From Sphagnum compactum (lineage: Eukaryota): a DNA stretch of 64,000 bases. Location: positions 30,308,213 through 30,372,212 of the forward strand of contig OZ234493.1 of NCBI GenBank assembly GCA_965153455.1, given 5' to 3'. The position numbers and the translations under genes are program-made. Under the pieces are notes generated by a model that saw only the letters and a list, made by a program, of their open reading frames with translations, had not been told where the DNA came from and ran no database searches. Shown in pieces: positions 50,038 to 64,000 of the stretch (positions within the stretch are counted from its first letter, which is position 1; each line of letters begins with the position of its first letter).

Positions 50038-53000
50038 AGCTTCAAACTAGAGAACAGAGTCTCGACACTCTTAGCAAATCAATCTATGAAGCTGTTTCTG
50101 AATGGACTCTCCAACAACAAAATTTTCTTACGATTCTCTCAGGAATTTATAAAAGCGATGATGATGAGAGAAATTGCGAATCTCCTCTCCTCAGCTCTCG
50201 ATTCCCTCGCAGCGCTGCACAGGGAAGCAAGGCAGGAACTCCGGGTGGGAAGCCAGCCGGCGAGTACTCCGGGAAGGAAGCAAGCCGGCCCGGCGAGAAC
50301 TCCGGGTGAGCTTTTTCGCATCTTTGAAAAGCCAAAAGTGTTGGAAAGATTCATTCCGCCGCTGACGAGACTCTCTTTTCATCCACTAAAGTTAATCTCC
50401 ATTCTCTTGCTGCTGTGGCGGTGGGTTACTATTCATCCACTATATAACCCTTTTAGGATTCATCTACCTATTATGTTAATCACTTTTCTCATCCGTTAGA
50501 TTAACGTTTATTTTCTAGTTGTTCCTGCAGCGAGCAGCCTTTTTTTTTTTTTGGGCTGGCTATATATCGCCAAAAAGCGAAATGAAAAATTAAAAGTGCT
50601 AAAATCAAGTATTTTTTGAGACTTTTCATATCAAGAATTCAACCAAAATTTTTAAATTTTTGTCAGATTTCTATACATGGTTCAAGTAGGTAGCCAAAAA
50701 AAAATAGAAGGGAAGCTTTAATAAGAAATTTATTTTCATATTTATCTTGTAGCCAAATTTGACTAAAATCTTCCTATGAAAAGATCACCATTTTGATGAC
50801 ATTGCAAAATTGATCCCCCTAAATGTTAACCTAACTATCGGGTCTCAAGGGGATCTCAAATTCAAAAAACCGTTCTCCTAAACCCTAAACCCTGAACCAT
50901 TCTCCTAAACCCACAACCCTATTCTACTCAACATTGAAAATAATGATGTCTTTCTAGCATTTTTGTCAATTTTTTTAAAATTCTCACAAACCTACCAAAC
51001 CTTAATTACACATTTAATTGATAGTTCACTCAAGATAAACAAGAATAAATAAATAAAAATATTGGCCATTAAAAAAAATAAAAAATCTTCACCTACATAC
51101 AAGCCTATTAAGCACATACCCCTAATATTATACATCCATCCTGACAGAGAATTGTTATGAATTTTTTGTCCATGGTTGAAAAATGGGTTTTATATGAATA
51201 TTTTTCATTCATCTGTAATAAAGGTTTATGAACCTTTTCATCCACTCACATGAGGGTTATGGGACTGTAACCGTCGAGAGCAGGCCGGTTATGGGAAAAG
51301 TCTCGCCCGCTCATTTGGGATGAATGCCGTTGTCGCTGTTGCCATAACCTTCCTGCGTTGTCCATCTGGCCAACCCAATACACAGCGGATATGGATTGTA
51401 ACCTGTGAGCTCTCGAGCAATGGGGTGATGCCACATCACTGATTTCTCCGGAGGGACCGGTTATGAGGTCGCTTCCACACCTCTAACCACTAGGTAACCA
51501 AAGGTTAGGACGCTGGTTACTTAGTCCTTAATCACTCGCTTAAATCTTCCTTAATTCTAAAAATTACCCACAAAACTTAGGTTAAGGTTTAGTTTTGGTT
51601 GTTTAAACTCACTTGGCCGCCCAATCACTCTCTTAATCACTTTCCTTAACCCACAACAGCCGGCAGGTCAAGTAGAATCTGGGCTGCGGATTCTCTTCCA
51701 TCGCTTAGTTCTGTCAAAGCTTTGCTAGCGAGTGAAGTTCTTTCTCTGCTTTGCTTGATCCTTCTTCGTGGTCACGAGACCGCGCAGCAGAAGTCAAATC
51801 CCTTGCGCAAAAGCTCGGAGGTGGGGGGCGGTGACGGTGGAGGTGGGGTGACGACCGTGGGGACCGCCATCGCCCCAAGGTGACGGTGGAGAGACTTTGT
51901 GGGCAAGTAAGTAAGTAAGTAAGTAAGTTTGAGGTGAGAAAAGAATAAGAGAGTTTTTGTAAGGCAGAAAGTGTTAGGGCCCAGCCAAGCTCGCCATCGC
52001 CACAACGCGTAGGAGCTCGGCGGGAGTTGCGGTGACGGTGGCTGTGGGTGTGCCATCGCTCCCACACATCTCTTTCTCTCTCTCTCTACCGAGCCTCGGA
52101 GGACGGTAGCTTCGCAAGGTTCGGAAATGGCCTGGAAGTTCAGGAACGAGATTTGGCTTTTTCTTTTCCTTTTCTCCCGTTTTTCATCCAATTGGAGATT
52201 CTTTCATTCATAAATTGGGATGATGCTGAAAATTTTCATCCTTTTTTCCCGAATAACAATGTGAAGATTGAACAACACTTTGATCGGACAACTTGTCCTT
52301 GCAAATGTGGGATGGGTATTTGGTTGACAAACAAAACAATTGCATGTTTTTTATTTAAAAACTATATTAATGATTCAAGTTCTCAATATTTTTATTTTAT
52401 TATGAAAGCATGTGAAATAATTTGGAATGAACCTAATGAATATAAAATGTTCCAAAAACATTTTCAAATCATTGTCGTTAATATTTTTAATTATTTTTTT
52501 CACTTTTAAAATAATTAAAATATTTTCTAAATGGTATAATCATGTGCAATAATAATTATTCACATTTTTATATACCAATATATTTTTATCATAATTTTTT
52601 TTATTGTAAAAATCATGAATTTTTAATTCATCACCTTTTACAACCAATCACAATTTATCACATCATCATGACAAGGCAACCAATGTTTTTAAATCGTCAT
52701 TTAAATACAACCTTCTTTCACTACATGTTACAAAATGTTGTTCAATTACACTAAGAAATTTTTGGGAATTCATTTGAATTTTCAGCAGCAGAAATCACTT
52801 TTAAAAAATCAATATCTCCCACATTCTGAATCCAAATCTTGCCAAATAAAATTCCATTAAATTCCTGCTTGTCAAGATCTTTCCAATAACACCAAAGGCA
52901 CATTCCAATTCCTCCGAAATTTAGCTACGATTCAATTTAATTTTCAATAGAGAAATCATTCAATATTCAAGAACTTTTGCACCACAAGTCCAAACATCAT

Positions 53001-53243
53001 GGAACCAAGGCCATGTACCTCTTCTCGTTGAGAGCTTTCCGAAAACACCAAGAACATGAATGATTTGAAGCATCCTGGTTCAGTGGATCTCATAACTGCA
53101 AAACAAAACAAACTATCTACCTTCATAGATAGATGATAGATGTGACGTAGGAGCTATCTAAGTGTACATGCCAGGTACAACTTCACAAATTTAGGGTATG
53201 GTAGCATACACAAAGTAAAATATGCTTCTCTTTTCAACATTGA

Positions 53244-53391
53244 CTAGTTTGAACCCCGTGCCTAATGCACAGGTGTGTTATTTCAACAATGTTTGGTTCA
53301 TGTTTTTTTTTTTTTACGGGACAGATGACAGGATGGATGATGGACGGATGGATGGAAAGCTTCATCCTGACGTCCTTTAATATATGTAATA
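53244..53391 (-). mobile_element. ~150-bp miniature Helitron-like element
   Basis: Minus strand reads A|TATTACATATATTAAAGG...CACCTGTGCATTAGGCACGGGGTTCAAACTAG|T: inserted between A and T, no TSD, 3' hairpin plus CTAG. Shares its 3' end with 23780-23843. Confidence 0.65.
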
Positions 53392-55899
53392 TTGTACTTG
53401 CCACTAAGGTTCAGCAATAAATAATTCTCAAAAGAGAAAGTGAAAAATCAAAATCAAAAGTAGATTTGCTTTGGAGAACTAGATTATGTTCTTATTGTTA
53501 GGTAGAGTGTAAATTTTGGAATATTAAAAATGAGTATGTTGAAACTATTTTGTTGAAATTTAAAAACATATTTTGACAAAAATTGTGGATTATTATTAGT
53601 TGGTGGGTACAGAAGAAAGACATTGTAAAAGTATTTGCAAGCAACTTGCAACTTGCTTTTTAAAAAAAATTGTGATTAGGCAAAATATACACTATTGCAT
53701 GTCCTTCTAGGTTCAAACCAATGTTGGGTGTGTATGTGCATTTCAGCTTATCAGCTTGATATTGGTATTAAGGTTCTTTCAATTTGGAAATTGGGTATGA
53801 ACATGAGTATTCAAATCATTTTAAAATAAACATATCAAGGTGGGTATATATAAGAACCTACATGTTTTGGGGGGGGGGGATCCCCAGTATGAACATGATG
53901 AATAAACCATTACCTCATTCCAACTACAGATATGAGATATGTGACCGGGTATCAAAAATTTACATTAAGACAAAAAGAAAAAGGAAGATTAATCTTCCAT
54001 TTTATTAACACAAAATCCCAGCTTCGGGAAGTTTTCTAAACTTGAGATATACATACATAGAAACACAAAAAAAAACTTTTCACACACTATATGTGAATAC
54101 GAGTATCCTCAAAAGCAGAAAGCTTCGGATATGGGTAAGTGCAATGGTAAGGTTGGTGTAAGCAAATAGTGAACCCGGACATGTCCTGGGTTTTTCAGAA
54201 GTGATACCAGCTGGTTTCAGTTGTACATATCTGGGTGCATACCCAAGTACATACCCATCAAAATCCTATATATTAGACCAACACTGGTTCAAACCAGTGT
54301 TGTGCGGTTATCTGAATCTATCAACAACTACAGGTTCCAAAATAAATTAGAATCAAAGAACCCTACACTTATTCTGGTAGGACCCTCTTACTTAGGTCTT
54401 ACTTACCACATAAAATGAAAACAATTCAAATGTGCTAGGTCCCAAAGCTAATATTATTTTTGTGGATATATTTTGTCAGTAGATATTTATCACACACTAA
54501 AAATATGGATTATATATATGTGGGTGTGTGTAAAATAAATTATTCGTAAAGTCACCCTCTTTTTCACCCCCTATCCTCTCTTTCAGTGGTATTCACAAAG
54601 CAAGGAATTTTTTATTAAAATTCAGTATGAAATGCTGAAACTTAGCATCTAATGCACAAGGTTCGAGAGTAATTATGATAGTTGTACAGGTAGGAGCAGT
54701 GAAAATATATGTAACAGCAATGGAGGCGAACAGGAAAAGAAAGACAGGATGAAACTCAGTTTACCACCAAAATTGATGGAAAAACTAGTTTGCGTCCCAG
54801 TTATTTCATTTTGTAAAATTTTCATTCCCAGTTAAGCATTTGATGCCCTATTATGCCGAAACTAGCCTTTCTTGCCCCTTAATTACGTGACTTGACGGAT
54901 AACTCTAATGCATCCAAACAGAAACTCCAAGTCCTTGAATGTCTTGGAAGTTGGACTAGTGTTCAAATATCTGAAAGAGCTCACCTGAAGAAAATAGTCC
55001 AACCAAACCACCCTCCAAATGTCAAGCCCAGGCTGATCTTAACAGGGCACTTTCTTGAACATTATTGACACACACATCAGCAACCCCACATCCTTTAGAA
55101 TTCTCACTCACTGCAAAATCTTGTATCCCTGGAGTTCCCACTCAACTGAGTCTCTTACTACCCATGGATTCTCAAAATTCAGATGACCTAGACATTTGCA
55201 ATTCCCCCTCTGTTTCTTGGATGCCACTTGCAGATCAGCAATTTTTTTGTCCCCTATTATCTTTCATCATGTTCACTAGACATACTTCTTTTATGATGTA
55301 GTTCTTACATCTATTGTCCTGACACTCTAATGCACAGTGGAAAAGTTCTGGAGTTCAATACAACATAAGTACTTGAACACACACAAGTATCTATCACATA
55401 CAACATTTCTATCACAACTTCTACAGCAAACAACTTTGGTATTGAGCTTAGGAAATGCAGTTCGTTAAATAGGTTCTTCTGTGCTCCCACTCATCAATTC
55501 CATCAACAACCTCCCCTACTAAGCTAAACCATTGCCAAACTCCATCAAGAGAAATCAAACAAACCACTATTGTTGCAACCACCATGAAACAACTCACACC
55601 ACGCACCACCACCAATTTCAAATACACACAACCTTGCAACACTCAAGCAACCCAACTCACAACCACGAAGAAGAATATCATCATCAATTGTCTCTTCTTT
55701 TGTCCTTCTCAATTTCCAACGTTCCTCCTTTCCCTTTTCATTAGGTTTTCATTTCTTAGATTTAATTGTGTCTTCATAGCTCATGTCAATTACGCCTCAA
55801 GGTGATATATCTAAAGATCCCTTTTTGGACATTCCCATTGCTAGTCATCCTTTCTTTTTATAATGCACTTATGCCCACCATTTACATGCTCCACCTTTG

Positions 55900-58800
55900 C
55901 CTGTTCATCCACATATCCAACAAAAAGATTAAGGTCTTTCACAACTCCCCATTAATGATTTTTTCTTGTTTGGCTTTTTCATATTCACCAAATCAATGCC
56001 TGCATTGAAACAAGGAAAAACTTGTTTTCCCTTCTAGAATGCATAAGCCCTACACTGCTGCACTTGAACTTGTTCATTAAGAACCCCGACACCGACTTGT
56101 GCAACTTAGAAATTAATTGCAATTTTACAATCACTTGATTAGTTAATTTTTCAACACTCAAGTCTTTAGCAAAAGTATGCATAAGCATGTTAAGGTAATT
56201 GTCAGCTTTTAGCATGGGAATACATCCAATGAGTACCATAAAAGGGGAAAACTTGGTGCTTGCCCACACCCCACACTTGTATCCAAACAATACTTTAGGT
56301 AGTTAAATATCCCAAGATTTGACATTCTCCTGGAATGTAAACATAATAGTGATGTCATGTTTAATGGTTTTGATTAAACTTTCTACCATGCCATCACACC
56401 ATGGCCACTATGGCACTATGTACTAATGTTGAATACCATACACCTTGCACAAGTTGTCGGATTTTGCAGACCATTCACCCCCATTGTAAGTGAGAATGAA
56501 CTTGGGTACACCATACCAACAGATAATGTCCTCTTCCAAAAACCTAGCAATTGTTGCAATTATATGATCCTTGACTGTTTTTGCTTCAGACCATTTTGAG
56601 TAATGGTCTATTGCCACTAGTATGTATTTGTTGCCATCATTGGTTCCAGGCAACGGTTTAACAATGTTTAATGCTACCTTGTAAAATAAATCACACATTG
56701 GAATGCTTTTCAAATCCTCCACATCTGATTTCATACTCCCAATTCTTCTTATAAGCTAGCATTCCTTACATGCTTTCACCACTAAACACATTTGCACATT
56801 TTTGTTGTGCCAATAAAATCTTTTATAAATTATATTAAGGTTCGCTTCTCACTGAAATGACCAATCTTTTGATGCATTTCTTCAATAATGCTTCTCCTGT
56901 CTTCTAGTTTTGGAATAGTCAATCCCTTGAAGTACAATTGAGCATACTACCATACATAATTTTTGAACCTTCTTTTTTACCTTAATTGTTTTTTTTACAT
57001 TCTCATCCCATGGGAATTGCCTAGTTTGTAACAAGTGCAAGCAATCCTTATCCTCCCATATATTTACAATCTTCAAGTCACTCCCTTTATTGTTAAGGTC
57101 CTCTAAGTGATACTATCATCATCCAACTCAATCAATTCATTGTCCACCATTAATTGAGCTTCTGTTGCTACATCCCAACATACATTCATGTTAGCATCCA
57201 ACCTTTTCCTCTTGTGCAGCAGTGGGGATGTTGCCTTGTCTCCTTCAATCTCATCATTATGCACTTCATTCTCTGCATCCATCTCTACTTCATTGATATT
57301 TCTTCCAACTTTTTCCATGCATGGTTCTACCATGAACATGTTAGCGATGGTACTACAACGAATATTTTGCCTTCCAATCCATGTCTAGACCCCTAATTCT
57401 TTTAGCATTTTGATGTCCTAAATTTCTTTTGAAAAATCTTCATCATCTTTTGCCCAATTCACTAGGTTCTTGTTCAAAGCATCAACATTGGAATGTTTAG
57501 ACCGGATTGGTGTAATCGTTAAAATGAAATCATGTGGCATATCAATTTAATGACCCTTCCTTCCATAAACATTAGATTCTATGTCCAACCACTCTAGTGG
57601 TTTATGGTTAGTCTTCAATGTGAAATGGTTATGATGCAAAAATTGGCGAAAATGCATGATTTCCAAATTAGGGCATAACATTCCCCCTCCATTGGATGAA
57701 ATCGCTTTTGGATAGAGGACAAACCTTTATTGGCATAGGTAATTACATGTTCACATCTCCTATCTCTTTGTGACAGGATGACGCACTGCCAAACTCCTTA
57801 AAAAGACTCAAATGCAGATCCCAAATTGAAAACAATAGAAGAAGGAATTAGGGCACGTTCCCTAATTCGCAACATTTTTAGGGTAAAAAGGGCGCGCTAG
57901 AGCTCCGGGGTGGGGACTAAGACAAATGACAAGTGGGTCAATTATTCATATGGATCTACACAAACCAAACAATAAGTTGGTTAATGCATAATTGGAACAT
58001 TTTTGGTGCACGGACAAGCCACGAGCATACACAGACTCACAAGACTCACCACCGCCCAAATTTGCGGGGGGAAGCCACCACCTTCTCCCTTATATTATTT
58101 TTTATGACTGGCCATGGGGGTTGCACCCAAATGTCATTTTCCCCAAAACTCCTAATTCGGGAGTCCCAAAATTTTCGAAATTAGGATTCCCACCACTTTG
58201 GAAGCCCACAACTTCTTGTGCAAAATTCCAATTGAAACAAGGTCTAAATCAAAATTGTAGCCCTTGTTGAAAGCTTCCCAACAATATGTGACACATCACT
58301 TGCACGCACGTAATTCAGGGCGATTCCCAACTTTTAATGGTCAGAAGTCAAATTGACACTTTGATTTCCGACCCTTCTTTCAACCATAATTTGTGTTGTA
58401 AATACTCAAATGGATCATGCGAGCCCATTTTAAACATCTACGTTTTAAGAGCTTTTCAATGGTATAAAAAAGTTTTCAAAACAATGAATTTTGACCTTTC
58501 AAATCACTCTCTAAAAATTTGGGACTCCATAGGGACTCCAACTCCCAAAGTGAGAGTCCACTTGGGAATGTGTGAGCTAATTCCCTCACACTCTTTCGCC
58601 CTCCCAGGAGTATGAATGTGATTCATGGGTTGCACTTTTGGCCCGCACCTTTCCATGCCCTTGTTTTGGTCACGAGCCCATAATTAAGGTCGTGACACAA
58701 GATGACACCTACCCCCTTAACTGACTAATCAACATCAAGAATAAACACCTTATAAAAATCAAGTCTCACCAATACTAATGCAACACCAAAGTTTGTTTCA

Positions 58801-61800
58801 ATTGGTCAAAATCCTTTTAACAATTTGGACCCCATTGAAAAGGCACATCCTGTTCTGTCAACTCAAATAATGGCACAACAATGGGAGCATACTCATTAAC
58901 ATAATTGTGGTAATAGCCACTCAAACTCAAAAAGGCCTGCACATTAATAACTATCCTGGGAATTGGGAATTCCAGAATAGTTCTCACCTTCTTTGGATCA
59001 GGTATTGTTCTAAATCTTCCCACCACATGTCCTAATAACCTGATACTTTTAGCAACAAAAACACACTTGCTCATATTAAGCTTCAAATTCACTTCTCTCA
59101 AACATTGTAGCACCATTTGGATGTGCTGAAAATGTTCTTCCCATTTTATGTTATGGATGTTCAAGTCATCTATAAATACCTTCAAGAATTTTTGCATCCA
59201 TTCTGCAAATATTCCTACCATGGTTTGTGAAAACATACTGGTTACATTTTTCAGCCCAAATGGCATCACTAACCATTCATATAATCTGGATTTCGTGATC
59301 AATGCAATCTTTGTCACATCTTCTGGGTTCATTTTGATTTGCCAAAACCCATTCTATAAGTCCAATGTAGAGAACCCCTTTGCAACCCCTAGTCGTGTCA
59401 ACGCATCTTCAATTAGAAGCATTGGATTAGCATCCTTACGTGTTTGCATATTAACTGGGTGGTAGTTGCCACAAAATTGACTATTACCATCCTTTTTTTG
59501 TAGGCAATGTGACCTTGCAAGCATATTTAGATGTGTTGGGTCTCATTTTTTCCAAATGGACCAGTGTCTGATTTTGTTAATTTACCTCTGCTTCCTCCCA
59601 AAAAGACAACCTATTTTGCATCGTACGACAAGGTGGGAAGATTTGTGTATCTATGAAATGTTTTCCAACAATGCAACACTCCAACTCCCCCTTATTCCAT
59701 GCAAATACATCTACATATTCCTTCAGGAAACTCCATAATGTTTTTTTTTTCTTGCTACCCTAAATTAGGGTCTACTTTGATTAGGTTCTAGATCTCCTTC
59801 CATCACTCTTCCTTGAAAGCATTTGGTTCAACTATCATTAACTATTGGTTATCTCCAGTGACATCAACTGAAATAGTGATGACACGATAGATGTTTGTTC
59901 CTCTTTAAATTGCATCAAATTTTGTTGTTATTCATGGTCCACCCATTTTAACCAATCCTCATAATCATCTTCAAACAATTCATTAGTCATGAACCCTTCT
60001 ATTTTTTCTTTCACAACAAGGTTCATGAACTGTCTCGGTGCTTCCTATCTAATCAGCTCATTAAGTCCTTAATCATCAAGTTCAAAAGCATATCCTTGTT
60101 CCTTTGGCAAGACCAATCTTGATTAATCATCATTTGCATTCTCATTTGTAGGTTCATCATCATCCATATCGAATTCAAAGACAGAGTCATCATTAGAGTA
60201 TTGGTTATTAGTGGCATATTCCCACCATTCATCATGCTATCCATCTTCGTCTGCTAGATTGCTTTTAATTTGTAGTTGTGAACATTCGGTCTTAATTCCA
60301 CATTGAAATTGTCTTGCATCCTTCGTAACCATCTACAACATGTTGACCATGTTCATGCTAGGACTTGAACATTTGATCCCGGTCCCTATTTCACCTAAAT
60401 CAAACCGTGTTCCACATCAATTACAACTTCAATTTTAATCAAAAAATTGAGCCCAGGCAATACGTCATAGTTATCTATATCAATAATCATGAAGACCATA
60501 TTGCATTGAGTTTCTCCAACATAAATAGGTAGTCCTTCGTTTCTTCTCGATGCCTACATCACCATTCCAAAGGTAGTTTTATAGGATTCAGATCGAATCA
60601 CTAGGTGCATAATTCCTAGTCCTCTCACAACATTGGTAGCCATAACTGACATTGAAGCTCCCATATCCACCCATAATGTGGTTGTTGATCTCCACCAACA
60701 AATGGAATGTCTTATTCCTAGGATTTTTGTTGACACTAATTCTTCACACATCTGGAGTAGTTGTAGCTGTTGAGGCAACATTGGTGGTCGTATGCTTTTC
60801 ATTCTTTCACATCCTGGCCAATTTGATCAGACCTTCCAAGTATTCCAGTTCGCCTGGAATGGTTAGTATAATTTCCACTAGTGTTAAGGATATCTTCCCT
60901 TTGAGGAAATGCATCAGAATTGACCTAATCATTGTATTTTTCTCCAAACCAATTTGTATTTCTCTCTAATGCCCAAGGTCTTTTTCTGTGGGACTGGAAG
61001 CACCTACCCCATTTCTAGTAGCTTCAACTGGTACCTAACATCTTGGAATTCAAATATGATAAAATAGTTCATTATCACTTCCATAGATCTTGTTGAGATG
61101 CAACTTGGTTGCTTCTTCATCATCAATTAGTACCTCCAAATAGTTCGTGGCAAGGGCACCCATTTTTGGATTTTTTTTTCCCCAAACATTGCTCTTCTAT
61201 GTGTCCAAGACTCCCCACAGAAATTACACTTGAGCCCACAATTTTGTCTTATGTAGCCCTCCACATTTTTGACATTTTGGTCAAGAGGTCACATACTTTG
61301 GACAATTAATTGCCAAATGATCTTTTGCATGACAAATTTGACACCCATTGGAGTTGGTGGATGATCCCCTTGGTGATCTTGATTGAATCTAAAGGTTTGT
61401 ATGTCTTCTCAACAAACTGACTAATGACTCATTCAGCACTTGTACATGCTTATCAACAATGTTTTCTCCTGTTAACAAAAGTTCATCTTGTTCATCTTTC
61501 AGAAGTTCATAAACCATCTCCAACCTTTTAATCCAATCAATGTTTTCAAATTCCTTTCCCAAAACAACTCATCCATGCCCTTAGGGCTAGTCATTTTGAA
61601 CACCTAGATTTGACCAAGATCCCGCTTAATTCAATAAAAGTCTTGGACTTAGGAATAAACACAAAAATCTACATGGTCCTTGCCTTCTTCAATCCATATG
61701 TGCTCTTTGTCTACTCCAATCTCTAGTATCCAACTTATTAGCCTACATGTCACACTTGCATGTTCAACCTTCACAAGTCAATCTCTTGGCTTGAACCACT

Positions 61801-62200
61801 GTTCCATGCCCGAGGTGAAAATCTTGCCATACCTATTATGTTTTATATGCAATGTTAGAACCCAAATGTCCCCAACATATGGAGGTGGTTTTCCAATTTG
61901 TAAATTAAGAAACTCAAAAGGGTAGGAGTTAAAATGTTTATCTACAACCGGGTCTTTCCCTTTTGATTGGTAATTGCTTTCCATTCCATCCTGGTTGTAA
62001 GAATTTTTGCTTTAATTCTTAGATTTCTACAGAGTTCAATTCTGCGTTCTTCTTCCATTTCTATTGCAAGAACCCAGTTGTTTTCTATTTTATTGTTGAA
62101 TTCCATCTCATTAAAACCTGCATAAACCCAACTCAAGATCCTTTTTCCACTTTTGTGGAGCTTCTAGCTTAATACACAAGCATTAAATCCAAAAAACATT
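55900..62200 (-). mobile_element. Degenerate Ty3/Gypsy LTR retrotransposon internal region (gag knuckle, protease, RT, RNase H, integrase)
   Basis: Protease WVDMGASMSVM (~60650); RT YEWLVMPFGLKN...FIDDLNI (58817-59332); RNase H fragments at ~57500-57780 and ~58700; integrase GNKYILVAIDHYSKW...YGVPK (56423-56734). Order PR-RT-RH-INT indicates Gypsy. Many stops; boundaries approximate. Confidence 0.88.
57779..58697. mobile_element. Solo LTR (~919 bp) nested in the Gypsy RNase H region
   Basis: TG...CA termini (TGACGC...GTGACA); 5-bp TSD CAGGA (57774-57778) / CAAGA (58698-58702). Removing it restores GVGVILSQ on the minus strand. Confidence 0.8.
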
Positions 62201-62298
62201 ATTCTAATAATCGTATTTCTCTCTCTCAACTCACTATTATATTCAGGTTGAAGAATTTCACACATCCCCCAATAGTGGTGGATCCACAAACAATTAAA

Positions 62299-63413
62299 CA
62301 CTATGAAAAATTGCATTTGTCAAAACCACACTACCTTGTAACTAAAACTCAAAAAAATTCATATACAACTATTTTGCAACTATCTCTTAGATATTATAAT
62401 TAGTGTGCAACTATCCCCCTAAATATGATGTATTAATAAATAAATTGCCACGTCAAAAACTCAAATAATTATATTATAATTACAAGTGAATTAAAAATGG
62501 GTCTTTTATATGATAATTTATACATATCATACATACATATGTAGTCAACCATGTTTGACTTTTCATGAATAGCATTGTAGTTACAGTGGTAACTACTTTA
62601 GAATTATTGTAAACGTGTCACTAAAACAACAACTATGTTGCAACTAAGTACAATGTAAGTACATGCGATCATGCCACGTGTCCACATTTCCACCACCCAT
62701 TACAGAATACATTTGCAACTAGTTTTTTATTATGATTCCCATTGATATAATTAATATAACCACTAGTGCGCCACTACTAAAGTACTACTATTCAATTATG
62801 TTATGATTGTAATACAATTACTTATAACTTAATAAAATAACATATTCATTAGTTATTTATATCTTCATCATATGTGTTTCAATTTGAGTGATTTAAAATG
62901 TTATGGGAACACTACTTCAAGCTTTAGAAATCATTTTTGAAATGTAAAGGCAAAGGAGTAATGAAAAAATAACAAAAGAAATAAAATTTCCAACTTACAA
63001 AACACAATTTTTTCCTTTTTTTTTCTTTGGAGACTCTTACTTTCAAACCTCATAACTTTATGATTTCTTATTCATTTTAAATGATTTAAAGTGTTATAAA
63101 AAGTGCCACCTAAAGTTCTACAAATCATCTTGGAACTTTAATAACAACAAAACAACATAAAAATATTTTTTTAGGTGTTTGGAAACTAGCCTTTGTAGCA
63201 TTCGATGGTTTGTTTTTTTTGAGTTTTTGACCCCCTCTACTTTGATGGGCCATAACTTTCTCAATTATATTTTATTTTTGACAAATTTTAATGCCCCATA
63301 AGCGTTAATAGGAGGGGTTCAAATTTTGTTTGGACCTAAAAACAATCAAGCCCTCCCCTTGGATCTAGCTTGCCCTGAGCACATAAGTATTATAGTTGTA
63401 ACTCAATTACAAC
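62299..63413 (+). mobile_element. Possible decayed non-autonomous CACTA-like element
   Basis: Starts CACTATGAAAAATT and has repeated GCAACTA motifs (reverse complement of the TAGTTGC repeats at 24800-24930). No TSD or right end seen. Confidence 0.3.
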
Positions 63414-64000
63414 TAATGTGCCCCCAAACTTTTTAAGAGACCCAAATGTGGGTCCCAAAATGAAACAACAGGGAAAGCAATTAGGGCACGTTCCCTAGCT
63501 TGCAACACTTCAAGGGTACGAATGCATGTTGGAACTCTGGGATGGTACTAAGACGAATTCATAAGCAAGAATTCAAAGTAAAGTCAACATGCATAACTAA
63601 GAAAAGAATGCGGTTAATGCAAGTTGAACGCAAGTGGTGCAACATACTTAGTAGCCCGACGATTTCAGCACAAGTTTTACACGACCCACAACCTTTAGGA
63701 GGAAGCACCACTCCCCTCCCTATAGTATATTTTATGACTCTCTTTGGGGACTATATCTAAATGGCACTTTTTTTCAGGAGTCCCAAATGGGAGTCCCAAA
63801 ATTGGAACTCTTGTTGTCATAAAAGTTTGGACGCTCATATCTTCCTCAAATCCAGCCTTTCGGAGCATGCAAAGGCACTATCTTATAACCCTCAAAAAGA
63901 TCTTTCCAACAATGTATTGCACGCTTCAATCAAACATCATTTGACCCCTGCTCTAAGGGGATTTGTGGTCGAGAATCAAATTCCCAATTTGACTCCTACA
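63414..64000. mobile_element. Second copy of the same LTR family, running off the window
   Basis: CCAAACTTTTTAAGAGACCCAAATG...AATTAGGGCACGTTCCCTA and GGAGTCCCAAAATT align with 57779-58697. Confidence 0.75.

Noticed and set aside
51240-52200. GC-rich island with several short ORFs and a donor-like GTAAGT repeat
   Set aside because: No recognisable domain or consistent exon chain; may be a promoter or non-coding transcript but cannot be supported.

Overview
Eukaryotic land-plant genomic DNA: intron-rich genes, AT-rich repetitive intergenic DNA, and protein and repeat style suggesting a moss such as Sphagnum (taxon is inference only). Host genes are a Cdc1/MPPE1-like metallophosphoesterase (minus strand, runs off the left edge), an intronless SP1-type GIDE+RING E3 ligase, an IQ-repeat protein with a C-terminal membrane anchor, and an NCS1/PLUTO nucleobase transporter. 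A decayed Gypsy element with nested LTRs fills the right end. The main feature is a ~21.9-kb CACTA (En/Spm) DNA transposon at 11258-33154, bounded by CACTAC...GTAGTG termini and an AAG target-site duplication, and inserted into the endonuclease of an old LINE. It carries a TnpA/PTTA-like gene and, head-to-head with it, a TnpD/Tnp2 transposase. Inside the first coding intron of the transposase sits an uninterrupted SET-domain (lysine methyltransferase-like) exon. The transposase N-terminal zinc-finger exon can splice in frame to either the SET exon or the catalytic exon, which suggests a transposon-encoded ZnF-SET chromatin effector produced by alternative splicing. TTGCGA motif clusters in the non-coding parts of the element are candidate binding sites. 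The element also holds 12.3 kb of cargo (SEUSS-like and SGT1-like genic DNA) flanked by a 181-bp direct duplication and ending in an orphan terminus of a second CACTA family. All calls were made by eye; no database searches were run.
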